A DNA stretch of 64,000 bases from Octopus bimaculoides (taxonomy: Eukaryota): NCBI RefSeq assembly GCF_001194135.2, contig NC_068981.1, positions 52,830,207 to 52,894,206 on the forward strand, read 5' to 3'. Below are positions 14,041-26,590 of the stretch, piece after piece. Each line of letters begins with the position of its first letter. The first letter of the stretch is position 1. The translations under genes and the position numbers were made by a program. The notes beneath the pieces are model-generated. The model was not told where the DNA came from and ran no database searches. It saw only the letters and a program-made list of their open reading frames with translations.

Positions 14041-16033
14041 AAAACAATAGTTAAGTTAGTATTAACATATGTAAGATAAGGAATATAAAAAATCCAATTA
14101 GAAATGAAGCAGTGAGAAAAGAATTCTTAACTCAATAACTAATTACTATTTTAATAATTATACCGTGCACAAGAGATAATTCTAAGTATGTTTTGGTCTA
14201 ATAATAGCAGTCATTGCACTAATGTTATATTTTCCTGACTGTGTAAAGCATTTATTAGATTTCTTGTGCTCACTGTATTAAATGTGTTAAAGTTAAGTGA
14301 ATATCTTTCATGTAAAATGCAGTAAAAAGTCACCTTGAAATAATCAAACAGTAAAAAAAAAAATAATGTTAGTGATTAGTAATATTTCAGTTATTTCACT
14401 AAGTATGGGAGGCATTACAGACATGCTTTGGTTTTAATATGATCTATCCAGTAAAACATAGATTAACTAAAGTAATATTGAAAAAATTACTAAGTATGAG
14501 ATTGTTCAGTTGGTTGGTATAAACAAGAAAATTGAATTGTTTTGAGGATAATTTACTCAGAATTGCTATCCTCATATATAGAATTATAAAATGTTACAAA
14601 CTGGAATTATATTATCCAAGTTACAAAGTGTGTGGTTTTGTAAAAATTATTTAAATTTACAAGTTGGACATTGTGTTAAATTACAAAGTGTCTTCCCCTA
14701 AAATTGTATTAGTCGTATTGTAAGTAATTAGAGTATTTGCCTCAAGCTCATAAGGTTGTGAGATTGATTCCCAGTGGTGTAATGTGTCCCCAAGGACACT
14801 TTATTTCACATTATTCCAGTCCACTCAACTGGCAAAAATAAGTCGTACCGATAATTAAAGGGCCAGCCTTGTCACATTTTGTGTCACACGGAATTTCTCT
14901 GAGAACTACATTCAGGTTACATATGTCTGTTGAGTGCTCAACCACTTGCACGTTAATTTCATGAGCAAGCCATTCCATTGATTGGATTAAGTGGAACCCT
15001 CATCATCATAATCAACAGAGTGTCAGTTATTAGTTGTATTTTAATTATAGTTAGAGATAATGTTTGTAGAAGGTGTGAAATTATTGAAAATTGAATTTAT
15101 ATTGTGCTTTGAGTGAAAAAATGTCAGTTGTAATATGCAGAAATAGGTCAAGTTGTTTTTAAAATAAATTTCTCTAAAAGTACTATATTTATAAATATTT
15201 GGTGCCAAATGCATTCTTTCAAGGCATAATAAAAATGAGCTGGTTGGTTTATGAGCACTATAAAACTGAATGTTTCATTTGCTTACAGTGCCAAGTTACT
15301 TTAAACTGATACTCTTATCAAAAGTGAAAGATAACTCTCACCTGGTTAGAAAGCTAATATTAGCTCTATTACATCTTTACTATATTAAACGCTTCACCAA
15401 GATAATATATAAAGTCAGTGATCAAATTAAATTTATTCTTTTTTTTTTTCCAATGGCCCAAGCAAGTGTCTGCAGGTGTGTGGGTTTTACTCATAAGAAA
15501 TGAATGATTGGTTGTTTAAATGACCTATTTCCTATACACACGACAATTATTTCTTCTAAGTAGGAAAATATATGACTAGTATTTATTTCACTTAGTCTAC
15601 TGACGCAATAGTCAGGATTTAAACCCAAAAACATGAAGTATCAAACAAGATAATGTAAAGTTAGTCAACATTTCTGCCATATATATTATCCCGAACACTT
15701 ACTACAATAAATACTATTCTTACCAGCCTATTGTATTCAGTTTTCTTAGCAGTTAAATATGTTCCATTGTTTAATGAAATGATTAAATTATTTCAAACTT
15801 ACTCTCAAAAAAGGTCTGTTAAACCAGCTTTCTAAACCTATAAAATAAATTTAGTTACATAAATTTCAACAAAGGTGGTTGCCCAGTTATATTTTGTTCT
15901 AATAATCAAAATACTTAGTTATAATAAAAAACAGTTGATTAGATTATAATTTAACATAATTGTTCCTAAATTGAATTCTATAAAGTATTCATGTTTATTG
16001 TCATAATGTAATTATAATAATTATGTTTTCTAG

Positions 16034-16155
16034 GTTCATGTAATTGAAGTTAAAAATCTCCGCTCTTTAGCTCCGAATAAAATTGTTTATTGTACGATGG
16101 AAGTTGAGGGTGGAGAAAAACTGCAAACTGACCAAGCTGAGGCCTCCAAACCTTG
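16034..16155 (+). CDS. CADPS: CADPS C2-domain exon ([40 protein letters not shown])
   Basis: ttctag|GTT and TG|gtaaag; 122 nt, phase 0-2. Near-identical to [32 protein letters not shown]. Confidence 0.96.
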
Positions 16156-16355
16156 GTAAAGATACTTTTGAAATTCATAACTATTTTTTGTTTTCTACAA
16201 TTAATTCTAAATAATACCACTAAATAATATTTTTTACTAGACATAAAACATTTATTTGAAATGGGAAGTATGTTGTTGATTAACTTCACTCCTGTATTAT
16301 TGATGTTCTGATCTTGATTCCAAAAGGATGATAGGCAAAAATCACTCCATGGATT

Positions 16356-16930
16356 CATCATCATCATCGTTTAATGTCCGCTTTCCATGCTAGCATGGGT
16401 TGGACGATTTGACTGAGGACTGGTGAACCAGATGGCTACACCAGGCTCCAATCTGATTTGGCAGAGTTTCTACAGCTGGATGCCCTTCCTAACGCCAACC
16501 ACTCCGAGAGTGTAGTAGGTGCTTTTTACGTGCCACCGGCACGAAGGCCAGTCAGGAGGTACTGGCAATCGCCACGCTCGAAATGGTGTATTTTACGTGC
16601 CAATTGCACAGGAGCCAGTCCAGTGGTACTGGCAACGAACTCGCTTGAATGTCTTTTCACGTGCCCAAGTGCTAGGAAGGCGATGTTGGTAATGATCACG
16701 CTCAAATGGTGCTATTTATGTGCCACCGGCACGGAAGCCAGACAGCTGGTGCTCTGGCAACGATCATGCTCGGATGGTTCTCTTAGTGATTTACTGGTAC
16801 GGTGCCATTACGATTTCGCTTTCGCTTGCTCCAACAGGTCTTCGCAAGCCAAGTTTAGTGTTCAATGAAGAGATGTTGGCATGGGTGCCAGTCTACAAAT
16901 TTAGTTCGATTACGATTGCCTGAACAGGTC
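16356..16930 (-). mobile_element. (GAT)n-tailed SINE/RTE-tail repeat copy
   Basis: Starts with (CAT)n-cgtttaatgtccgctttccatgctagcatgggttggacg. About 90% similar to the copies at 19978, 20398 and 26591. Confidence 0.8.
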
Positions 16931-17593
16931 TTTGCAAAGGATTGTTTAAACATTCAAGGGATAGGCTGAAGTGTTTAAGCAACCAGTGCACTCCTAGAGA
17001 TTACTTATAATCTCCACATAATTAATTAAATCAATGGCTAACTAGCGCAGTTGACCTACTTCTTCCTGTGTTTGTTTCTCCATTCTCTACATGATTATAC
17101 ATATATATATATTTATATATATGTATATACATATATATATATTTATATATGTGTATATACATATATATTTATATATTGTGTATGTGTATTTATATTATTC
17201 ATACATGTATTTTCACTGAATAAAGAATGATTTAGTAACTTTATTGTCTTCCTGCTGCAATGGAGACCTCTATCACCCTATGACACCTATTTATGTCTGG
17301 AAGCATAGAGATATTTTTACCTAAGTGTCTTGGACATGACATAGTACACCATGAGTAAGAGAATGTAAACTGCTGACTTATCAACTTGGTTATCTGATAT
17401 ATTTGCAATACTGGTGGCTGCTGTTATGTACTGTGTGCATGTATGTATTTATTAGAAGAAAGCAGGTCATGTAGATTTAAATTTTGCTGCATACAGTGAA
17501 TCCTAAAAACTTTATCATTTCTACTTCTAAAAACCTGCAGATATGTATATGTGCTCTAGCTAACTGGTAAATTTCCTTTTCTTTTTCTATTAG

Positions 17594-17705
17594 CTGGGAT
17601 ACTCAAGGTGATTTTACAACCCCACACCCCTTACCAGTTGTTAAAGTTAAATTGTATACAGAAAGCTCTAAAGTACTAAGTTTAGAAGATCGCGAATTGG
17701 GAAAA
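17594..17705 (+). CDS. CADPS: CADPS C2-domain exon ([38 protein letters not shown])
   Basis: attag|C and AAA|gtaagt; 112 nt, phase 2-0. Matches [24 protein letters not shown]. Confidence 0.95.
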
Positions 17706-18029
17706 GTAAGTATTTCTCATACTTTCTAATTTCAATTTTATATATTTTGCTTGTGTATTGTTATTGCAAAACAATAACCCAAATATTTAATTAATATTTA
17801 ATTCATTATTATATGAATTTTGTTGCCAAGTACTCTTATGTTGAAATAAATGAAATTTTAAAAAAAGAATTTTAATTAGTAAAGTGAATTGCTCTGACAT
17901 AAAAGAAATGTGTAAGTCAGTTATAAAAAAAAGAAAAAATATTGAAAGAAGAAAATAAATTTTAATTCAAATGTAACACATTTTAAATATCAAAATATGT
18001 TTATGTATGTAAGTATGTATGCATGCATG

Positions 18030-18060
<31 letters not shown>

Positions 18061-18479
18061 ATAAGTAAGAGGGATTAATGAATCCAAGTAGATGTCTAGA
18101 AAGCATTCAGTAGTTAAGCAACCTTGCTTTACTACATCAAACAATCTGATACCAATGAATTCAAACAGAATTATCATCTAAGGTAATTCCTTGGATATGA
18201 CAAGTAAATAAAATATATGATGATGATGATAACATGAACAAGGAGATATCACATCTTTATTTGATGATTACACCACACAGGACTGGCAATCATTTCTGTT
18301 GTGCCAGCATATTTAGATATAGAAAAAGTGATACAAAATACTGGTCAAACCAGTATATCTGAAAATTTATGTTAACACAATGTTACCAAGGTAACCTGAA
18401 GGTAGCAGTGGCATGCAACTCAAGTCAAAAGACAAACCCTTAGCTTCAGTTTTAATCAAAGGTTAATTATGTATGTATA

Positions 18480-19330
18480 TGGTAGGAGGAGTGCAGCATG
18501 CCAGAGAATAAGCCCAACATTTCCTCTGCATGTCGTAATAGACGACTAAAAGAAGTTGAGGTAGGACTTGCACACCATCCTCTTAAAACCTTCACCAGTA
18601 ATGACTACTCAATCAAACTCATGAAGTTCTCTCCTCCAGGGAAATACCTTGACTGCTGATAAAACAAGTCATATGAAACAGTTTGAGAAAAGTCACCAGG
18701 ATCTCCATCCTTTAAATGGAGAAAACACTGAAGAAAAGGTTGGGTTGAAGGGTTGTTGCCTGTGTTGTGCAAATGTGTCATTCATTCAGAGTTGAAAACC
18801 TCAGTTAACTGATGGAGGCCTGTTTAGGTGAGGGCTTGGAATGTTCTCTCTTTGAGGGATGGCTCCCATCTGCCCTTGATGTTTTTGGAACTCAGCCATT
18901 TACAAGTCACTGTGGCAGCCCTATTGGAGGTGTATTGGCCAGGCAGGGGCAAAATCTCAACCGGTGGATACACCTATTACTGGTTTGAATGCTCTGATGG
19001 CTGACATGTTGGATGTAACACCTGTTAATAAGTGTATTTATGCCGCCTTTCCTTAGTTGCAGTGTATGATCCAACTACTGGACCAATCTATTCTGAATAC
19101 CACAATGGCTTCAGTGCTGGTGACTGACTTGCCAGTCAGCTATGATCTGCCATCCATTGACAAGGTTTGAATATGGTAAATCAGCTAAAAAGTAGGAAGG
19201 CAGCTGGTGTTTGCAGCATCTATGTGGAGATGATCAAGAATTATCGTTCTTGTTTGTAGCAGATCATCTACTTGTTTTGAAGCAGTAGCATTGTACCACC
19301 TGACTTAAGAAGGGCATAATTATCCCTCTC
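18480..19330 (+). mobile_element. Decayed RTE element, 5' motif plus RT N-terminal remnant
   Basis: tgtcgtaatagacgactaaaag resembles the RTE 5' motif TGTCGTAAGAGGCGACTAAA. Downstream reads PSIDKV..NQLKSRKAAGVCSIYVEMIK. Confidence 0.5.
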
Positions 19331-19891
19331 GGAAAAGTAAAAACTCAATAGAATAAGAAAAGACACTATATTCATCCTAATCTAAACCACTGGAAACAGC
19401 AAAAATGAAAAAGATAAATCAAAAGTTGAGGCAATGAAATTTGAAGTCCGAACTTTAAACCATTGTGTGATTATACTTTTTTGACAGTATTTGTTGAAGT
19501 CATGCTAGGATTAACCAAGGATATTGGTTTTGGCTAAAGCTGGACTCACAGCAGAAAAAGAAAAAAACAAAAAACAAATGATGCTATTAAATAATCATCA
19601 GAAAAACAAGTGATGTTTGAAGGAAGTCAGCCAACTGGAACATTATACTGCTGTCAGACAAAAATAAATTGGCAGGATATGTGATAAACAAATAGCATTT
19701 ACAGATAATTAACCAGTCAGAGTACTGGACTACTTTTGGGTGGAATTAAGAAACTAGAACATGATAAATAAATGAAATACTCAGGCAATCAGCCAATCAG
19801 AATGCTAGACCACATGCAGACAAAAACAAGTGTAGTATTTGAATAAAAAGCCAATCAGGACTTGAACTGGCATCTTAAAACCTACATTTAT

Positions 19892-19977
<86 letters not shown>

Positions 19978-19979
<2 letters not shown>

Positions 19980-20321
19980 TCATCATCATCGTTGAACATC
20001 CGCTTTCCATGCTAGCATGGGTTGGACGATTTGACTGAGGACTGGTGAACCAGGTGGTTACACCAGGCTCCAATCTGATTTGGCAGAGTTTCTACAGCTG
20101 GATGCCCTTCCTAACGCCAACCACTCAGAGAGTGTAGTGGGTACTTTTATGTGTCACCGGCACAAAGGCCAGTCAGGAGGTACTGGCAACGTCCATGCTC
20201 AAAATGGTGTCTTTTACGTGCCACCTACACGGGAGCCAGTCCAGCGGCACTGGCAACGATCTCGCTCGAATGTCCTTACACGTGCCACCGGCACAAGTGC
20301 CAGAGCACCGGTGCCATCATG
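19978..20321 (-). mobile_element. (GAT)n-tailed SINE/RTE-tail repeat, left arm of an inverted pair
   Basis: Same family as 16356; ends at the 76-N gap. Confidence 0.8.
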
Positions 20322-20397
20322 NNNNNNNNNNNNNNNNNNNNNNNNNNNNNNNNNNNNNNNNNNNNNNNNNNNNNNNNNNNNNNNNNNNNNNNNNNNN

Positions 20398-20629
20398 CAC
20401 ATAAAAGACACCATTTCGAGCGTGGCCATTGCCAGTATCGCCTGACTGGCCTTTGTGCAGGTGACACGTAAAAGCACCTACTACACTCTCTGAGTGGTTG
20501 GCGTTAGGAAGGGCATCCAGCTGTAGAAACTCTGCCAAATTTAGATTGGAGCCTGGTGTTGCCATCCGGTTTCACCAGTCCTCAGTCAAGTCGTCCAACC
20601 CATGCTAGCATGGAAAGCGGACGTTAAAC

Positions 20630-20665
<36 letters not shown>
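20398..20665 (+). mobile_element. (GAT)n-tailed SINE/RTE-tail repeat, right arm of an inverted pair
   Basis: Reverse complement of the 19978 copy at roughly 90% identity; long (GAT)n tail. Confidence 0.8.
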
Positions 20666-22264
20666 ATATATATATAGTTCAAAGATGGGAATCTGATATT
20701 CTCCATACAGAATACACTTAATAGTGCTCATGAGGTTTACACTTGAGCAGGCAGAGGAATAAAATGTAAGGACAAGCAAGTTAGGCAGGTCGATATACAA
20801 AGAATACTAAATACATTAAATGCAAAAGGTCTGGCTTAGATTAAAAATGATATCAAGAATTAAAGGGGTTGAAGTAGAGTTTTACAAATCCAACTGCTGT
20901 TTCTGGGGGCTCAGTGGTCCAAAATAATGGTTGTAAATTGATTCATTCGTCAGATGAAATGAGCCTTCGTCTTCAGGGAAGAAATCTTACATTTGAGATG
21001 TTGACAGAAAGGAGATTAAAGATGGAAAAATTTTTTAGTATTCTTATTAATCCCTAATGCTTGAAATTTATTTTCTTGCTATTCTCTATTTGAATACCTT
21101 GCTTATTCCCCACTCTAATGCACTTGGCTCTCCACAAAATCCTTGTATCTTTAATCTCCTTTCTATCAACACCTCCCCTGAAGACGGAGGTTGTTCCATC
21201 TGAAGATGGAATCAATTTATAATCATTATTTTGGACCATTGAGCCTCAAGAGACAGCTGTTGGATTTGTAATACTCTTCTCCAACCCCTTTAATTCTTGA
21301 TATCATTTCTATTCTTTGTAGGTCGAATCTTTTGCATGGAAACATATATACATTTTTTGTATTTAATTTATTTAATATTCTTTGTATTTCGACCTGTTTA
21401 GGAATTGATATTTGGTGCATGAGAGAGTTTCATGCAGCTAACCTCATCTACACTCTGGCTGCAAAGATTGTAATTTTACCAAGTAGTTCGGTGTGTTAAA
21501 AAAACCATTATCGGTAATATTATATAGACATACACCGAAATACTTGGTAAAATTACTAATTATTTATTAATTATTAATTTTTGCCCTATATATGTAAGAA
21601 TTTATTTACTCCCTGATAGTAAACTGCAGTTTCTGTAGGATTACTCATAGCGTATGTGGGTAATTGAGGAATGATACGATTTTCTTACTCGTCTATATGA
21701 ATGCGGAAATGCTGTTCCTAGATCATCGTTTGATGTCGCCTGATCAAATAAATTATTCTTTTATTAGCATTCACTGATTTATAATTTTGAAATACTATAC
21801 TGATGAAGGAAGTAAGTTCGGGTAATATAATTTACACCTCTTTAATCCTGAAATGCATATACAGTCAATCAAAGCCAGGTGGATTCGTTATATTTTCTTT
21901 TTTGCCTGTGTTAAGTCGCGAGTATTGCTGTCTGGGAGTTATATTTTGGTAAAGAAATAGTAGTTTTGACTGTTATTTCTAATTTTTGGTGTGTGGTGAA
22001 GCCATTCTTGCTGAACCCTAATTTTGATTATGTCTATATAAGTTTACCGATAATGGTTTTTTTAACACACCGAACTTCTTGGTAATATTACTAGTTATTA
22101 ATTAATTATTAATTTTTACCCTATATCTGTATATATTTGTATATATATACATATAAATATATTTTTTTTATATATGTGTGTGTGTGTGTGTGTATCATCA
22201 TTACTTTTTAACATCTATTTTCCATGTGGGTTGATATATATTTCTTTTTTTCCTTGTTTTGTAG

Positions 22265-22404
22265 GTTGTGATTCGGCCCACTGCAAGCAGTAGCCGGCAA
22301 CCAGAATGGTTTCAAATGCAAACCATTAAAAAAAATTGCCCCGATGATTTACGTATTAAAATAGCTGTTCGAATGGATAAGCCACAAAATATGAAACATT
22401 GCGG
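22265..22404 (+). CDS. CADPS: CADPS exon, end of C2 ([18 protein letters not shown]...[19 protein letters not shown])
   Basis: ttgtag|GTT and GG|gtaatt; 140 nt, phase 0-2. Contains the [12 protein letters not shown] motif. Confidence 0.95.
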
Positions 22405-24059
22405 GTAATTGCTTTACATTGAAAATTTCTAAATATGTATTATTTCTCATTAATCATTGTATTCATTATTATTTTTATGTCCTTATTTCTTTTAGTGACA
22501 AATTATTTGCTTTTGTTTCATTAAAATTTTGATTTTATTACAGCCAATGTTGATTACATTTTAATGTAAATACTTATTATGAACCAATAACTAACATCTG
22601 AAATAAAAATTTTCTGAAACATTCTATGATTGCATACAATAATTTGCGATTGAAGAAACACTAAGCCCACTAATTAGAATTGAAGTACATGTCTTTCACT
22701 TACAAACACACTTGTATATTATACATATTTTTTCTTATTTTATCAGCCTTTAAATAAGCTGATAATGTTTAATGCACTTCCAATATATGGTGTTTGAAGC
22801 ACTATATGTAGGCCCACAAGCATGTTTTTTTAAAATATTTTTTTTATATGTGTATGTGTGTTGCTTAACATAAATCCAGTGTATGGTTTTCAAAACCATT
22901 ATATTATGCAAATGTGTCTATATATGTTTCTGTTCTTAGAGTTATCATATTTGCTGGCACATAAGATGTACCGTTATTTTACAAGTTTATTTTGTGGGAA
23001 AAATATTTAATGTTTCATCATACACTTATTGAAAGATATTTTGAAGTGATCTTGTAGGGGAAGATATATGATTCTGTGCATGTTAACACGATGCTGTCAC
23101 AGTATACTGGAATACAGTATGAAAGTATAAATTTATAAATAAACTACTGGATGTACTGTTTGATCTTTCTGATCAGTGGTAGAGTTGTTTATATTTTAGT
23201 TGAGAGAGTTGCTATTCAGATAGTAAAACGTGTATTTTTGGCTATGGTGTTTTGTGTAACTGCAATCAGCTATCAGTGTGGTGCATAACTACTATAGTTT
23301 TGTTGACATCCACTTTCTGCAAATAGCTGACAGGCAGATGAAAGTTTAAAATTCTTTTCATCTTTCTAGGAGAATTTTCATTTAGATAATAAAAACTGTT
23401 TCTTAAACATTACATTGTCATTAAATGATATATGACACATATCGAGTGTAGGCTATGCATGCTGAAGAAGGAGGAATAATGAGACGATGTGACCTCTCCC
23501 CCATAAGTGCTGATGAACCATAAGTAATTATTATTTGGAACATTTTGTGGTAATTTTTACACATTTTGAAACAATGAATTAAAGGAAAGAAAACAAAAAT
23601 CTCTTTATTGCAATTTAAAACAATTGCCAACTAGTATTTCCCACCTGTGAACAATTTCAACAGTTTTAGCATGAATATATAGATTAAAGATGTTTATTTT
23701 ACTGTCATATAAGCTGTGAATCATTCACATATGACCATCTCATGCTGAATAATGCATCACGTTTATTTACATTTTATGCGAACAATTGCAGAATTACAAG
23801 TGTTTTGTGTAACATTTGTTTTATTTTTTAGCTTTTTAGATGGTCATTGAGACTGTAATAGGAGTAACAGAATGGGGCTAATACAGTTAATTTCCTGTGC
23901 TGTTTGTTATACTTTTTGTCCCAATGATGTTTTAATCTATTTTCTAGCTTTATATAAATATTTTAACCCAGTCCTAAAGTAGCCTTCATAAATTGACCAT
24001 GCAGGATGCAAAATAAAACATCAAAGACTGAATGGGGATTATTGAATCATTAGTTAAAA

Positions 24060-25385
24060 GATGTAAATGCTGGCCAGAGTACAAGATAGTAGGGAGACAT
24101 CTGACCCTTTTGAAGTCACAAATGGAGTGAAACAGGGGTGTGTTTTAGCTCCTACCCTGTTCTGTCTCATGTTCTCTGCAATGCTGACAGACGCTTTCGG
24201 AGACGCTGATGTGGGTATTGGAATCAGGTACAGATTTGATGGATCAGTTTTCAACCTCAGGAGGCTACGAGCAAAATCCAAAGTTACAACAGACACTATC
24301 AATGACTTCCTGTTTGCTGATGACTGTGCCCTAAACACTGCCTCTGAGGCGGACATGCAACGCAGTACAGACATATTCTCGGAAGCTTGTAACAACTTTG
24401 GTCTCACAATCAGTACCAAGAAGACCGAGGTGATGCACCAACCCGCTCCAGGAAAACTACATGTAGAACCCAACATTTCCATCAACGGGCAAAGATTCAA
24501 TGCGGTTGACAAATTCACCTACCTTGGCAGTACACTTTCCCACAATGTAGTCATTGATGATGAGATCAACACCAGACTCGCCAAAGCAAGTGNNNNNNNN
24601 NNACAACAGACACTATCAATGACTTCCTGTTTGCTGATGACTGTGCCCTAAACACTGCCTCTGAGGCGGACATGCAACGCAGTACAGACATATTCTCGGA
24701 AGCTTGTAACAACTTTGGTCTCACAATCAGTACCAAGAAGACCGAGGTGATGCACCAACCCGCTCCAGGAAAACTACATGTAGAACCCAACATTTCCATC
24801 AACGGGCAAAGATTCAATGCGGTTGACAAATTCNNNNNNNNNNACTACTTGGCATAAGCTGGCAGGAAAGGATACCAGACACAGAAGTCCTCACACATGC
24901 CGGGCTCCCAAGCATCCCTACCATCCTGATGAAAACTCAGCTTCACTGGGCTGGTCATGTAGCCCGCATGCCAGACTACAGAATACCCAAGAAGCTTCTG
25001 TTTGGTGAGCTCCAGCATGGCAAGCACTCCCATGGTGGCCAGAGGAAACGGTTTAAAGACAGTCTAAAGGTATCACTGAAGGCCTTCAACATTGACCCGT
25101 CATCATGGGAGCAGACAGCTTTAGATAGGACCAACTGGCGGGCCGCTGTTCACAACGGTGCTAATATGAAAGTGACAGGAAAGCTGCTGCAGAGAAGCGC
25201 AGGTAGAACAGAAAGAACAATGCTTTGAAGCCCCCGATACCTGCTACCATTCCCTGTCCCTACTGCAGCAGATCTTTCCAAGCGTGGATTGGGCTTATCA
25301 GCCATCTCTGCGCTCACCGATGATGACCTCCTCACCCTCCTCTAGGATGATCAGATGGTCCTCGTCGTTCCGACAGACGAACAAC
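24060..25385 (+). mobile_element. Young 5'-truncated RTE (BovB-like) LINE
   Basis: Open RT frame with NGVKQGCVLAPTLF, GIRYRFDGSVFNLRRL, FLFADDCAL and FTYLGS, followed by HWAGHVARMPDYRIPKKLLFGEL. GC is much higher than the flanks. Confidence 0.9.
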
Positions 25386-25890
25386 TTTACTTAGTTTTAA
25401 ATTCAAATCTCACTAGACAAACTTTGCTTTTCACCCTTTAGGTTTGATGAAATTTGATTTAACTCTTTATACACCAATCTGCCTGAGATCGACTCTGGTT
25501 CAATGATACAAATTTACTGTTTCTAAATTATAGCCTTCCACCAAAATATCATATTAATTTATGTTCAAAACACTAGATTAATAATGACAAAGTTATTTTA
25601 CTAAATTCTTCATTATTTTAAAAATCAATTGAAACAGTGTGTATTTCAATAGAAATATGCTTTATATAATATTCTAATTTGTGTAACATTTTAACATTTC
25701 TGTGTAAATTGGTGAGTTACCCTTCATAAAGAATCCTATCTCTTTAATTCATTTATGTAATGCAAATATTTCTTTTACAAACAGATTTTGTTTTTCTCTT
25801 TTAACTTTGATCTTAAAGATATTGATTTGAAATATACTAAAACTGAAGATTACAATGTATAAATAATATAAGATATGTTTAAATTAGTAA

Positions 25891-26590
25891 NNNNNNNNNN
25901 NNNNNNNNNNNNNNNNNNNNNNNNNNNNNNNNNNNNNNNNNNNNNNNNNNNNNNNNNNNNNNNNNNNNNNNNNNNNNNNNNNNNNNNNNNNNNNNNNNNN
26001 NNNNNNNNNNNNNNNNNNNNNNNNNNNNNNNNNNNNNNNNNNNNNNNNNNNNNNNNNNNNNNNNNNNNNNNNNNNNNNNNNNNNNNNNNNNNNNNNNNNN
26101 NNNNNNNNNNNNNNNNNNNNNNNNNNNNNNNNNNNNNNNNNNNNNNNNNNNNNNNNNNNNNNNNNNNNNNNNNNNNNNNNNNNNNNNNNNNNNNNNNNNN
26201 NNNNNNNNNNNNNNNNNNNNNNNNNNNNNNNNNNNNNNNNNNNNNNNNNNNNNNNNNNNNNNNNNNNNNNNNNNNNNNNNNNNNNNNNNNNNNNNNNNNN
26301 NNNNNNNNNNNNNNNNNNNNNNNNNNNNNNNNNNNNNNNNNNNNNNNNNNNNNNNNNNNNNNNNNNNNNNNNNNNNNNNNNNNNNNNNNNNNNNNNNNNN
26401 NNNNNNNNNNNNNNNNNNNNNNNNNNNNNNNNNNNNNNNNNNNNNNNNNNNNNNNNNNNNNNNNNNNNNNNNNNNNNNNNNNNNNNNNNNNNNNNNNNNN
26501 NNNNNNNNNNNNNNNNNNNNNNNNNNNNNNNNNNNNNNNNNNNNNNNNNNNNNNNNNNNNNNNNNNNNNNNNNNNNNNNNNNNNNNNNNN
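25891..26590. other. Assembly gap (700 N); smaller gaps at 20322-20397, 24593-24602 and 24834-24843
   Basis: N runs in the sequence. Confidence 0.99.

Noticed and set aside
16458-16868. Recurring ORF MAEFLQLDALPNANHSESVVG (also at 20080 and 20317)
   Set aside because: It is a chance frame of a high-copy repeat, not a gene family.
24603-24833. Exact 231-bp duplication of 24286-24516 inside the RTE
   Set aside because: It is identical, bounded by 10-N gaps on both sides and replaces the expected RT segment. This is most likely an assembly artefact.
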